Assembly: GCA_030540085.1 (NCBI GenBank)
Contig: JAUNWY010000004.1
Span: 64,382 to 128,381, forward strand
Direction: 5' to 3'
Origin: Eggerthella sp.
GTDB lineage: Bacteria > Actinomycetota > Coriobacteriia > Coriobacteriales > Eggerthellaceae
DNA length: 64,000 bases
The position numbers were made by a program, and so were the translations under genes. The notes under the pieces are model-generated. The model saw only the letters and a program-made list of their open reading frames with translations. It was not told where the DNA came from and ran no database searches. Below, one piece after another: positions 19,037 to 27,935 of this stretch (position 1 is the stretch's first letter; every line of letters starts with the position of its first letter).

Positions 19037-20866
19037 ATGAGCCCATTGGAAATCCGCACCTCGAGCGAAGCGGAAAAGACCGTGCGCGGCGTATGCCAAG
19101 ACATGGCCCGCCGTCTTGTTTCGCATCCTCAAGGTACCTGCCCCGTTGATGTGACGCGCGGCCTTATCGCCCTGTGCCGTACGCAAACATGCGGCAAATG
19201 CGTTCCCTGCCGCATCGGCTTGGCGCAGATCGAATCACTGCTCGACAACGTGCTGGAAGGAACGGCAACCGATGCCGACCTTGCGCATATTGAAGCCCTC
19301 GCCGAAAACGTACGCATTTCAGCAGATTGCGCAATCGGCACCCAGGCTGCCGAAATGGCCCTTACTGGAGTACGCGCTTTCCGCGAAGACTACGAACTCC
19401 ATGCAGAAGGCCGTTGCCTGTGCACGTCCGACCACCCTGTCCCCTGCGTTCAGGGCTGCCCCGCAAATGTCGATATTCCTGGCTACATCGCGCTGGTAAA
19501 AGCTGGCCGCTTCGACGATGCCATTGAGCTCATTTGCAAAGACAACCCCTTCCCAAGCGCCTGCGCCTATGTCTGCGAGCATCCCTGCGAAAACACCTGT
19601 CGTCGCAGCTTCGTTGATTCCGCTGTCAACATCCGCGGCCTGAAGCGCTATGCCTGCGACCACGAAACGCCCAACCGTCCCACCACAGTGGCAGAACCCA
19701 CCGGCAAGAAGGTTGCCGTTATCGGTGGCGGTCCTGGCGGTCTTACCGCAGCGTATTACCTCACCCGCATGGGTCATTCCGTAACGGTATACGAGCAGCG
19801 CGCCAAGCTCGGTGGCATGCTCCGCTACGGCATCCCCAACTACCGCTTGCCCAAAACCCTGCTCGACACCGAAATCGAGCACATTACTTCTTTGGGTGTA
19901 GAGGTTAAGTTGGGCGTTTCCGTTGGCAAGGACGTTGCAATCGCCGACCTCGAGCGCGATTTCGATGCCGTTTACGTATGCATTGGCGCTCACTCAGACA
20001 AGAAACTCCGCATCGAAGGCGAAGATGCGCCTGGCGTAGTTCCCGCCGTTGCTATGCTGCGCGAAATCGGCGACGGCACTATCGCCGACCTCTCCGGCCA
20101 GGACGTTGTTGTGGTTGGCGGCGGCAACGTTGCCATGGATGCCGCCCGCAGCGCACGCCGCATGGGAGCCAAGTCGGTAAAGATCGTGTACCGTCGTCGC
20201 CGCGCCGACATGACAGCACTCGCCGAAGAAATCGACGGAGCCATCGAGGATGGCTGCGAGCTTATGGAACTTGTTGCCCCTGCGCATGTCGAAGTTAACG
20301 ACGAAGGCAAGGCCGTGGCACTTTGGGGGCAGCCCCAGATGATTTCCACGGTACGCGGTGGCCGTCCCTCTCCCAAGGCGGCAAGCAAGCCCGAGGTCCG
20401 CATTCCCGCTACCACCATCATTGTCGCCATCGGTCAAAACATCGATTCTGGTGCATTCGAGGAATTCGGCTTGCCCTGCAAGTGGAATGAAATCCAGGCA
20501 CAACCCGATTCCAGCATCCCTGAAAAGCCCGGCTTCTTCACCGGCGGCGATTGCAGCTGGGGCCCGGCAACCGTCATTCGTGCCATTGAGGGCGGCAAAG
20601 TTGCAGCGCGCGCAATCGACACCTATCTGGGCGGTAACCACGAAATCCGTTGCGACGTGGACATCCCCGCTCCCAACCTGGCCGATCGCGTTCCCTGCGG
20701 TCGCGTAACCATGAAGGAGCGCCCCGGCGCAGAGCGCAGCTGCGATTTCGAGCTGTGCGAAATCGGCATGTCTGAAGAGGAAATGATGCAAGAAGCAGGC
20801 CGCTGCCTGGGGTGCGATCACTTCGGCTACGGTGCATTCAAGGGCGGAAGGAGCCGAGCATGGTAA
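19037..20866 (+). CDS. NuoF-type [4Fe-4S] domain plus GltD-like FAD/NAD(P)H oxidoreductase; hydrogenase partner subunit
   Basis: TCGKCVPCRIG..DCAIG, PCVQGCP..CAYVCEHPCE, GGGPGG, GGGNVAMD, YRRRR, RCLGCD; RBS GAGGAG before ATG 19037; stop overlaps start of next gene. Confidence 0.85.
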   Translation: MSPLEIRTSSEAEKTVRGVCQDMARRLVSHPQGTCPVDVTRGLIALCRTQTCGKCVPCRIGLAQIESLLDNVLEGTATDADLAHIEALAENVRISADCAIGTQAAEMALTGVRAFREDYELHAEGRCLCTSDHPVPCVQGCPANVDIPGYIALVKAGRFDDAIELICKDNPFPSACAYVCEHPCENTCRRSFVDSAVNIRGLKRYACDHETPNRPTTVAEPTGKKVAVIGGGPGGLTAAYYLTRMGHSVTVYEQRAKLGGMLRYGIPNYRLPKTLLDTEIEHITSLGVEVKLGVSVGKDVAIADLERDFDAVYVCIGAHSDKKLRIEGEDAPGVVPAVAMLREIGDGTIADLSGQDVVVVGGGNVAMDAARSARRMGAKSVKIVYRRRRADMTALAEEIDGAIEDGCELMELVAPAHVEVNDEGKAVALWGQPQMISTVRGGRPSPKAASKPEVRIPATTIIVAIGQNIDSGAFEEFGLPCKWNEIQAQPDSSIPEKPGFFTGGDCSWGPATVIRAIEGGKVAARAIDTYLGGNHEIRCDVDIPAPNLADRVPCGRVTMKERPGAERSCDFELCEIGMSEEEMMQEAGRCLGCDHFGYGAFKGGRSRAW

Positions 20867-22593
20867 CGTTGACCATCGACGGGAAGGAAGTCTCCGTTCC
20901 CGAGCACACCACCATCTTGAATGCCGCCTATCAGGCAGGCTCCATGATCCCCACGCTGTGCTACCTGAAAGACATTAACGAAATCGGCGCCTGCCGCATC
21001 TGTGTTGTGGAGGTTGAAGGCACGGACAAGCTCATTTCCTCGTGCAACAACGAAGTTGCCGAAGGCATGGTGGTAAACACCATGAGCCCCCGTGTTGTTG
21101 CCTCCCGCCGCGAAACGATGGCGCTTATTCTTTCGCGCCATAAAAGCGAATGCACCACATGCACGCGCAATGGCAACTGCATGATCCAGCGCAACGCAGC
21201 CGCGCTGAACATCACCAACATCCCCTACCCCGTCGAATACGATCAGCAGAAGAATCCCACCGATTTTCCGCTCGTCCGCGACGCCTCCAAGTGCATCAGC
21301 TGCATGCGCTGCGTAAGCGAATGCAGCAAGGTCCAGAACCTGAACGTATGGGATCTTACCCGCACGGGCTCGAACGCCCATGTGGGTGCTGCAGGGTGCC
21401 GTGACATATCCGAAGCAGCCTGCGCGCTGTGTGGCCAGTGCATCACGCATTGCCCCTGCGGTGCTCTTTCCGAGCGCGACGACACCCAGAAGGTGTTCGA
21501 CATTATCGCCGATCCAGAACGCATTGCCATCGTTCAGATCGCACCCTCCATTAGGGCGGCATGGGGCGAATCCGTGCAGCTTCCCACGGAAGAAGCCACA
21601 ATGGGTCGCATGGTGGCAGCTGTGCGCAAGTTGGGCTTCGATTATGTCTTCGATACCGACTTCGCAGCAGATATGACCATCATGGAAGAAGGCACCGAGC
21701 TTCTCCATCACCTGAAAGAAGAGCCTGGTCAGCCCATGTTCACCTCGTGCTGCCCTGGTTGGGTGCGCTTCCTGAAGGCAAAGCACCCCAGCTTGGTAAA
21801 GCATCTTTCCACCACGAAATCGCCGCAGCAGATCTTCGGCGCCATTGCAAAGAATTACTACGCGGAAATCCTGGGCGTCGACCCTGCGAAGATTGCCGTG
21901 GTGTCCATCATGCCGTGCGTTGCCAAGAAGGCAGAATGCGCTTACGAAGACATGGACACCACCGGAACCGGCCCCGATGTCGATGTGGTGCTTACCACGC
22001 GCGAACTCGGACGCATGCTGAAGGCCCAGTTCATCAACGTAAGGAACTTGCCCGAAGAAGAATTCGACATGCCCTTGGGCGAAGCCACTGGTGCAGGCCA
22101 CATCTTCGGCGCCACCGGCGGCGTAATGGAGGCGGCTCTTCGCAGCGCCCACTTCCTGGTCACCGGCGAAAACCCCGATCCCGACGCTTTCAGCGCCGTA
22201 CGCGGCTGCGAAGGTTGGCGCGAGGTAACCTACAACCTGGCAGGCAAAGAACTTACCGTTGCCATCGTCAGCGGCCTGCAGAATGCCGACAATCTGTGCA
22301 ACGCCATCGAAAACGGCGAGGTAGATTACGACTTCGTTGAGGTTATGGCTTGCCCTGGCGGCTGCGTTGGCGGCGGCGGCCAGCCCATTCACGAAGGCTG
22401 CGAATGCGCAGCCGAACGTGAGCTCATCCTGCGCGACATCGACACCAACTCGAAGCTGCGCTTCAGCCACGAGAATCCTTCGGTCGTTGAATGCTACGAA
22501 AAATACTTTGGCGAACCGAACTCCGAAAAGGCAGAGCAGCTGCTGCATTCCGACCACTTTGCCTGGGGAATGCCCGCAGCACGTCAACAGTAA
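20860..22593 (+). CDS. Cytoplasmic [FeFe]-hydrogenase group A catalytic subunit ([2Fe-2S], His-ligated [4Fe-4S], 2x[4Fe-4S], H-cluster)
   Basis: IPTLC..GACRICVVE, H...C..C..NGNC, CISCMRC, CALCGQC; TSCCPGW, MPCVAKKAE, EVMACPGGCVGGGGQP; fused small-subunit tail SHENP..LLH; RBS AGGAG. Confidence 0.93.
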   Translation: MVTLTIDGKEVSVPEHTTILNAAYQAGSMIPTLCYLKDINEIGACRICVVEVEGTDKLISSCNNEVAEGMVVNTMSPRVVASRRETMALILSRHKSECTTCTRNGNCMIQRNAAALNITNIPYPVEYDQQKNPTDFPLVRDASKCISCMRCVSECSKVQNLNVWDLTRTGSNAHVGAAGCRDISEAACALCGQCITHCPCGALSERDDTQKVFDIIADPERIAIVQIAPSIRAAWGESVQLPTEEATMGRMVAAVRKLGFDYVFDTDFAADMTIMEEGTELLHHLKEEPGQPMFTSCCPGWVRFLKAKHPSLVKHLSTTKSPQQIFGAIAKNYYAEILGVDPAKIAVVSIMPCVAKKAECAYEDMDTTGTGPDVDVVLTTRELGRMLKAQFINVRNLPEEEFDMPLGEATGAGHIFGATGGVMEAALRSAHFLVTGENPDPDAFSAVRGCEGWREVTYNLAGKELTVAIVSGLQNADNLCNAIENGEVDYDFVEVMACPGGCVGGGGQPIHEGCECAAERELILRDIDTNSKLRFSHENPSVVECYEKYFGEPNSEKAEQLLHSDHFAWGMPAARQQ

Positions 22594-22616
22594 GCATCGC
22601 CCGCACAACGCACATG

Positions 22617-22648
22617 AAGAGCCTGCTCGTTCGAGCAGGCTCTTTTGT
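22617..22648 (+). terminator. Intrinsic terminator after second hydrogenase
   Basis: Stem AAGAGCCTGCTCG/CGAGCAGGCTCTT plus TTGTT. Confidence 0.8.
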
Positions 22649-22700
22649 TCTACAATGGCAACGTTTACCAATGGTTTGTCGAACTCAGAGAAGGTATACC

Positions 22701-23456
22701 GTGCTCGATCAGTTTTCACGCACTCGCTTGACGCTTGGCAGTAACGGCGTCGAATCGTTGCAGAAGGCCCACGTTATCGTGTTCGGCTGCGGTGGCGTAG
22801 GTGGCTATGTTTGCGAATCTCTTGTGCGCAGTGGATTGGGCGCCATCGATATCGTTGACGACGACAAGGTCTGCCTGACGAATATAAACCGCCAGATAAT
22901 CGCAACCTGGAAAACCGTCGGCATGGACAAAGTTGATGTCATGGAAGAACGCCTACTCGACATAAACCCCAGCTGCAAAATCACCAAGCACAAATGCTTC
23001 TACCTGCCCGATTCGGCCAGCGAATTCGACCTTTCGAAATACGACTATATTGTCGATTGCGTCGACACGGTAACGGCAAAACTTCATTTGGCTGCCCAAG
23101 CCAAGGCAGCAGGAACGCCCATTATCTCCGCTATGGGTGCTGGCAACAAACTTGATCCCACGGCCATCCGCATCGCTGATATTTCAGAAACTTCTATTTG
23201 CCGCCTAGCACGCATTATCCGCAAAGAGCTACGCAAACGCGGCATCCATAATTTGAAGGTTGCTTATTCGCCAGAACCTACCGTAAAGCCCGAAGAAGAC
23301 GGCAGGGCCGGCTGTGCCGCAGGGTGCGTGTGCCCGCCCAATAGCGAGCGCACTTGCCTTGACCGACGCAGCGTTCCTGGCAGCAACGCCTTCGTTCCTG
23401 CGGCAATGGGCTTGGCTATCGGTGCCGAAGTCGCAAAAGACCTGGCAAAACAATAG
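22701..23456 (+). CDS. tcdA: tRNA threonylcarbamoyladenosine dehydratase (ThiF/E1-like)
   Basis: FSRT.L, GCGGVG, DDDKVCLTNINRQ, DCVD, AMGAGNKLDP, C.LAR..RKELRK, PGS.AFVP; GTG start at 22701. Confidence 0.85.
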   Translation: MLDQFSRTRLTLGSNGVESLQKAHVIVFGCGGVGGYVCESLVRSGLGAIDIVDDDKVCLTNINRQIIATWKTVGMDKVDVMEERLLDINPSCKITKHKCFYLPDSASEFDLSKYDYIVDCVDTVTAKLHLAAQAKAAGTPIISAMGAGNKLDPTAIRIADISETSICRLARIIRKELRKRGIHNLKVAYSPEPTVKPEEDGRAGCAAGCVCPPNSERTCLDRRSVPGSNAFVPAAMGLAIGAEVAKDLAKQ

Positions 23457-23491
23457 TTCCCACAACGCATACACAACCAGAAGGAGCAGCC

Positions 23492-23944
23492 ATGAAAACA
23501 GCAGCCATCGTCCTTTACGTTATCCAGGCAATCGCAATTGTTTGCGCCATCGTCACAGGGCAAGAATTCATCGACTTCAGCAGCGGACCGGCGCTGTTCG
23601 AAACCATCGGGTTCTTTTTCCCTCTTATCTTGGGCCTCATCTTCGAAGGGATTGCGCACAACAAGGAACAGAAAGCAGCGCAATCTTCCGCCGCGGGCTC
23701 AAACGCAAACAGCGCAGCCCCTACGGCCTCTTCAGCACCGAAACCCAAAGCCGCTGCCCCCGCTTCAACCAAAGCCGCTTCGGCACCGCAGGAAACCCCA
23801 AAGAAGAGCCCAGAAACCACTGCACCCGCAGCAAAGGAGCAACCTGTTATTGATCCGTCCGTTCAGTACTGTCCTAAGTGCGGAACAAGGCAAGACTCCG
23901 AAAACGCTTTCTGCGTCGCTTGCGGATCGAAGATCGGACAATAG
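23492..23944 (+). CDS. Small membrane protein with Ala/Pro/Ser linker and C-terminal zinc ribbon
   Basis: Two N-terminal TM segments, low-complexity linker, YCPKCG..FCVACG; RBS AAGGAG. Confidence 0.8.
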   Translation: MKTAAIVLYVIQAIAIVCAIVTGQEFIDFSSGPALFETIGFFFPLILGLIFEGIAHNKEQKAAQSSAAGSNANSAAPTASSAPKPKAAAPASTKAASAPQETPKKSPETTAPAAKEQPVIDPSVQYCPKCGTRQDSENAFCVACGSKIGQ

Positions 23945-23960
23945 AAGCAGTGGAGCTGAC

Positions 23961-24050
23961 TCCTATCCCCATCTGCACAAGCACGCCAGTGGGCCCCAAT
24001 GCCCATCCGTCTGATCTGCATTCCTGTTCCCATCTGCGCAAACACACCAG
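23961..24050 (+). repeat. Degenerate direct repeat (2 x 29 nt, 61-nt period)
   Basis: TCCTATCCCCATCTGCACAAGCACGCCAG (23961-23989) vs TCCTGTTCCCATCTGCGCAAACACACCAG (24022-24050); 24/29 identical. Confidence 0.7.
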
Positions 24051-24097
24051 CTCACGCACAATGCGCTAAGCGGAACCATTCACACTTGCAACCATCG

Positions 24098-24131
24098 AAG
24101 GCTCGCCAACGCGAGCCTTTTTCTTTCTTTT
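24098..24131 (+). terminator. Intrinsic terminator after tcdA/zinc-ribbon genes
   Basis: Stem AAGGCTCGC/GCGAGCCTT followed by long T-rich tail. Confidence 0.8.
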
Positions 24132-24365
24132 CCTAAATTTTTACTTGATGTCCACTGCGGTACCCACACACAAGCTGCGATCTGCGTATTATTCAAACCA
24201 TCAAGAGGCCATTCCTACCGAGGCCGCCACATACAAGCAAAACGAGCTCCTTATCATGCCGCTCTCTTTCATCCTTTCGAATTTGCTTGCTGTGGTCGAC
24301 AAAGAGGGCTGGCACTTTACCAGCCCCTCGCCTCTTGCCATCCCAGCCGTTTCAAGGAGGAAGCC

Positions 24366-24698
24366 ATGTATCAACCCAGCCGACATCTCTCAACATTTTT
24401 TATTGCAGGATTCCAGCACTACGATGGCGCCCTCGTTATTAATCAGATGAGCATTGGCGACAGCATCGAGCTTTGCCCTGAACCGGGCAATCCCTACGAC
24501 CCAGAATCAATTGCCTTGTACTTCAATGGCGTCATGATCGGCTATGTTCCCGCCGACCAGAACAGCCTGGTCTCGACCTTGTTCCATTTTGGCCACAGGG
24601 ACATCCTCGAATGCCGCATTCTTCAAGTCGACAAAGAAGCTGCTCCTTGGAAGCAGGTTCGTGTTGGCATGTACGTAACCGATATTCGACCAAGGTAG
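24366..24698 (+). CDS. Stand-alone HIRAN domain protein
   Basis: F.IAGFQHY..L.PEP.NPYDP.SIA..IGYVP HIRAN signature; RBS AAGGAGG. Confidence 0.85.
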   Translation: MYQPSRHLSTFFIAGFQHYDGALVINQMSIGDSIELCPEPGNPYDPESIALYFNGVMIGYVPADQNSLVSTLFHFGHRDILECRILQVDKEAAPWKQVRVGMYVTDIRPR

Positions 24699-24703
24699 GC
24701 ATC

Positions 24704-24967
24704 ATGTTCGAATCACCAACCAAGTTCCTTAAAACGCTCGACGACAGAGAATTCGACGAGCTCGTCAGCATCAGGGACGACCTGAACTACCTTATCGACG
24801 AACTGGAACACGAAATCAGAGAGCCCGAAGACTTCAGAACCGAACGCGACCTTCCCCTTAAGGTTGCCTATGTAAATGCCCTTAGGTGCATGACGGGACT
24901 CACTTCCCACATGTCACTTCGTGTAAACGAGTTTATTGATTCCTGGAAATGGGAGGATATGCGATAA
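24704..24967 (+). CDS. Hypothetical acidic helical protein (87 aa), likely co-transcribed with HIRAN gene
   Basis: ATG 5 nt after the HIRAN stop with AGGTAGG upstream; fills the gap to the convergent WYL gene. Confidence 0.6.
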   Translation: MFESPTKFLKTLDDREFDELVSIRDDLNYLIDELEHEIREPEDFRTERDLPLKVAYVNALRCMTGLTSHMSLRVNEFIDSWKWEDMR

Positions 24968-24980
24968 ACACCGCACGTGC

Positions 24981-25961
24981 TCAGTACTGCTCGATAATCC
25001 CTTGGAGGTACGTCCGATACTCCTCTTTCAAGAATTGCGGCTGCTCGATTATCACGTTGGTTCCCAGAGTCGCCAACCAGCCGTAGAGCGTAGGCGCCTG
25101 CATAACCTTGGCGCGTACACGCATCGAACCATCCTCGACCGCTTCGGCATCGACCGCTTCGCCGAAGCGGTCGATTACTGTACTGATTGCCTCTGGCTTT
25201 ACAAGCAAGGTCACTGCAACCGCCTCGCCGCTGTACATGCCAAATACCCTCTTCTGATACTTCGCTGCATCAAATTCGGCTGTTTGCTCATTGCTCGTTG
25301 CATCCTCTTCGGATACATCAATGTTTAGCATTCGGTCCACGCGATAATTAGTGGTGCTCTGGTGCTTATCGTTCCAGGTAACCAGGTAATAGCAGTCGTC
25401 CATATACACCAAGTGCAACGGCGTTTCCTCATAGAAACGCCCGTCGTGCTGCAAGGCTCTCTTTTTCCGATTGTCATATTTGAAGTAACGGAAGCGCACT
25501 TTTTTCTTAGCGGAAATAGCTCGCTGAATAGCGTCAATGTTGTAGAACACCGATTCGTTCTGCGACCTGATACGTCCCTCAACATGGAGGTTCCTTCTTA
25601 GATCATCTGCCAAATATTTGCTACCCAGCTTACCGATGGCCTTCACCAACGCATTTGATTTACGTTCGGTAAGGAAACGGGAAGACTGCACCGCATCGGC
25701 CAGCAGCAACAGTTCACTTTCCTGAAACTCGCGCGAGGCAAGACCATATTCAATGGGCGAGCGCTGGTACTTCACAATGTTGTAGCCGAATTCGCGCAGA
25801 CAATCCAAATCGCGATAGAGCGTCTTCCTCTCAACCGCAATACCCAACTCAGCCAAGCGCTGAATGATCTGCGGACCAGTAAGGCCATGATCGTCATCGG
25901 TTTCATTCTCTAAGAGCTTTGCCAAATACATAAGCTTGAGTTTCTGAGCCGTAGTTGCCAT
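24981..25961 (-). CDS. WYL domain transcriptional regulator (wHTH-WYL-WCX)
   Basis: N-terminal HTH ERKTLYRDL..L..FG, WYL core YYLVTW..YRVDRM, WCX VIDRFG..GWLATLG..P; probable ATG 25961 with RBS GAAAGGG. Confidence 0.9.
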   Translation of the reverse strand: MATTAQKLKLMYLAKLLENETDDDHGLTGPQIIQRLAELGIAVERKTLYRDLDCLREFGYNIVKYQRSPIEYGLASREFQESELLLLADAVQSSRFLTERKSNALVKAIGKLGSKYLADDLRRNLHVEGRIRSQNESVFYNIDAIQRAISAKKKVRFRYFKYDNRKKRALQHDGRFYEETPLHLVYMDDCYYLVTWNDKHQSTTNYRVDRMLNIDVSEEDATSNEQTAEFDAAKYQKRVFGMYSGEAVAVTLLVKPEAISTVIDRFGEAVDAEAVEDGSMRVRAKVMQAPTLYGWLATLGTNVIIEQPQFLKEEYRTYLQGIIEQY

Positions 25962-26045
25962 GACTACCCTTTCACCCGAACCGCTACTGGGAACTTTTAT
26001 GTACACCATAATAGCATCCCCATAAGCAACCTGGCCCCATCAAGC

Positions 26046-26088
26046 AAAAGGAAGCCCCTTGATGCAAGGCCGCATCAAGGGGCTTCCT
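26046..26088 (-). terminator. Intrinsic terminator after MFS transporter
   Basis: Perfect 17-bp stem AGGAAGCCCCTTGATGC/GCATCAAGGGGCTTCCT with T-run on the minus strand. Confidence 0.8.
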
Positions 26089-26116
26089 CATCTTCTACTC
26101 AAACCGATGGCTTCTG

Positions 26117-27451
26117 CTATTCCTCGTAGTCAACATCCTTGCTTTCGCGGAAGAAGAACAGGGCAACAAGGGAAACAACCGCCATGCCTCCCAAGTACCA
26201 ACCTAGTGACATGATGCCGAAATTCATAACAAGCGCTGAAGCGATGGTAGGAGCAAAGGCGCCACCAACAATTGCCGCCAAGTTATAGGAAAGTCCAGAG
26301 CCGCAATAGCGAACACGAGCCGGGAACAGCTCGGGCAGATACGAACCAGTAGGACCGAAAACAGCACCCATGCACATGAAGCCGATGCAGAGGAACAGCA
26401 TCACATTCAAGGCGCTATGAACCGAAAGCAACATGGGGGCAAAAAGCGCGAAAACCAAAGTTGCCACCGTGGCAAGAGCAACAACGGGCTTCCTGCCAAA
26501 ACGATCGGCGCTCAAGCAGCCAACAACGATAAAGCCCGCAAAGAAAAACACCGATACCATCTGCATTCCCAGATACTGCTGCTGGGTAAAGCCCAGGGTT
26601 GACACCCCGTAGGAAAGCGACCAGGTTCCCAACACATAAAACAGCGTATAGGTGATGCTAACTGCGCAGGTACCGAGCACAACCTGCCTCCAATTGTGGC
26701 GGAGAAGCATAGCGAGCGGCATCTTGACCGTGCGGTTTTCTCGCTGGGCCTTTTGGAATACCGGTGTTTCCGTCATGCGCAAACGCACAACCAGCCCAAC
26801 TACTACCAACAATGCGGAAAGCAGGAACGGGATGCGCCAACCCCACGCAACCATCGCATCGGCAGGCAAGGAAGAATCAAGCAGCAGGTTTACGCCATAT
26901 GCGCAGAAGAAGCCAATCGGAGCACCCATGTTGGGGAATGCGCCATACAGAGCTCGCTTCCCCTTCGGAGCATTTTCGGTTGCCACCAAGGCAGCACCAG
27001 ACCATTCGCCGCCAAGACCCAAGCCCTGGCAGGCACGGCACACGCACAGAAGGACAACGGAAGTTGGGCCAAGAACCTCATACCCAGGAAGCAGACCCAC
27101 CACAAACGTTGCGATACCCATGAGCATCAGGGCAACCACCAACGTCTTCTTGCGGCCAAGCTTGTCGCCAAAATGGCCGAATATCAATGAGCCAAATGGA
27201 CGAGCCAAAAACGAAACGGCGAAGGTCACGAACGAAAGCAGCGTTGCCAGTACCGGATCGGACTTCGCAACATCGGTAAAGAAGATCAATCCAAAATAGC
27301 TTGCCGCTGCGATGCTGTAGCAATAGTTGTCGTAGAACTCGATAGCGGTTCCCACCATCGAAGCTGCCACGATTTCAGCCGTTGAGTTCTTCCCCTTCGA
27401 TCCGACGCCCACAGGCGCCATTGCCGATGCTGTTGCTGCCGTACTTGACAT
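26117..27451 (-). CDS. MFS transporter, metabolite:H+ symporter family (YhjE/ShiA-like)
   Basis: GTAIEFYD, FLARPFG..FGHFGDKLGRK, QGLGLGGEWSGA, WGWRIPF, ELFPARVRY.G; about 12 TM. Confidence 0.9.
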   Translation of the reverse strand: MSSTAATASAMAPVGVGSKGKNSTAEIVAASMVGTAIEFYDNYCYSIAAASYFGLIFFTDVAKSDPVLATLLSFVTFAVSFLARPFGSLIFGHFGDKLGRKKTLVVALMLMGIATFVVGLLPGYEVLGPTSVVLLCVCRACQGLGLGGEWSGAALVATENAPKGKRALYGAFPNMGAPIGFFCAYGVNLLLDSSLPADAMVAWGWRIPFLLSALLVVVGLVVRLRMTETPVFQKAQRENRTVKMPLAMLLRHNWRQVVLGTCAVSITYTLFYVLGTWSLSYGVSTLGFTQQQYLGMQMVSVFFFAGFIVVGCLSADRFGRKPVVALATVATLVFALFAPMLLSVHSALNVMLFLCIGFMCMGAVFGPTGSYLPELFPARVRYCGSGLSYNLAAIVGGAFAPTIASALVMNFGIMSLGWYLGGMAVVSLVALFFFRESKDVDYEE

Positions 27452-27556
27452 TCCGTTTCCTTCTTTTCCTTCAATCCGTGAACCGATGAATTAAGGTCTG
27501 GAATCGAAAGGCTGTTTGAAGAAAGCAACACGGAAGAAATCAAATGATAGAGGAAT

Positions 27557-27599
27557 AAAAAAAAATCCGGAAGCCGTTTCTTTAAACAGCCTCCGGATT
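27557..27599 (-). terminator. Attenuator terminator in the MFS leader
   Basis: Minus strand AATCCGGAGGCTGTTT-AAAG-AAACGGCTTCCGGATT plus U-run, about 105 nt upstream of the MFS start codon. Confidence 0.8.
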
Positions 27600-27655
27600 C
27601 AAAACCATCAGCCGCCCGATTAGGGTTCGGGCAGCTGATTCAAGCAACCCGAGCC

Positions 27656-27703
27656 CTAAATAATGGAGCTGATAATTTCTGTATGCAGGTTGCGGTAATT
27701 CAA
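27656..27703 (-). CDS. Putative attenuator leader peptide MNYRNLHTEIISSII (15 aa, Ile-rich)
   Basis: TAGGA-N7-TTG AAT TAC CGC AAC CTG CAT ACA GAA ATT ATC AGC TCC ATT ATT TAG, followed by overlapping hairpins and a terminator. Confidence 0.7.
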   Translation of the reverse strand: MNYRNLHTEIISSII

Positions 27704-27935
27704 AAGTTCGTCCTAACGCGTAAGCACCGAAGCGCTTATTCCGAACGCCCTCTGCGTTCGATGGCTCTATATTCGTCCTTTCAGCAAAAGTTGCAATTGT
27801 TCAACACCGATTAATTTCGCATCGTCACAGAGTCTGGATATTTTCGAAACAGAGATGAAATAAAGCCTGATGAGTGAAGACACACGCGTTCGCCTCCATT
27901 ACGATATCCGCCCGTTGAGGCAATCCGCCCATCGT

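Noticed and set aside
19037-20866. Second gltD gene
   Set aside because: Has an extra NuoF-type cluster domain and is coupled to a hydrogenase; canonical gltD is at 2434-3894.
20827-22719. 630-aa minus-strand ORF
   Set aside because: Antisense shadow of the second hydrogenase gene.
23961-24050. CRISPR-like geometry (29-nt repeat + 32-nt spacer)
   Set aside because: Only two diverged, non-palindromic copies; similarity extends into the supposed spacer; no cas genes or leader in the window.
24145-24450. 101-aa ORF upstream of and overlapping HIRAN
   Set aside because: No RBS, spans the putative promoter, and overlaps the HIRAN gene out of frame.
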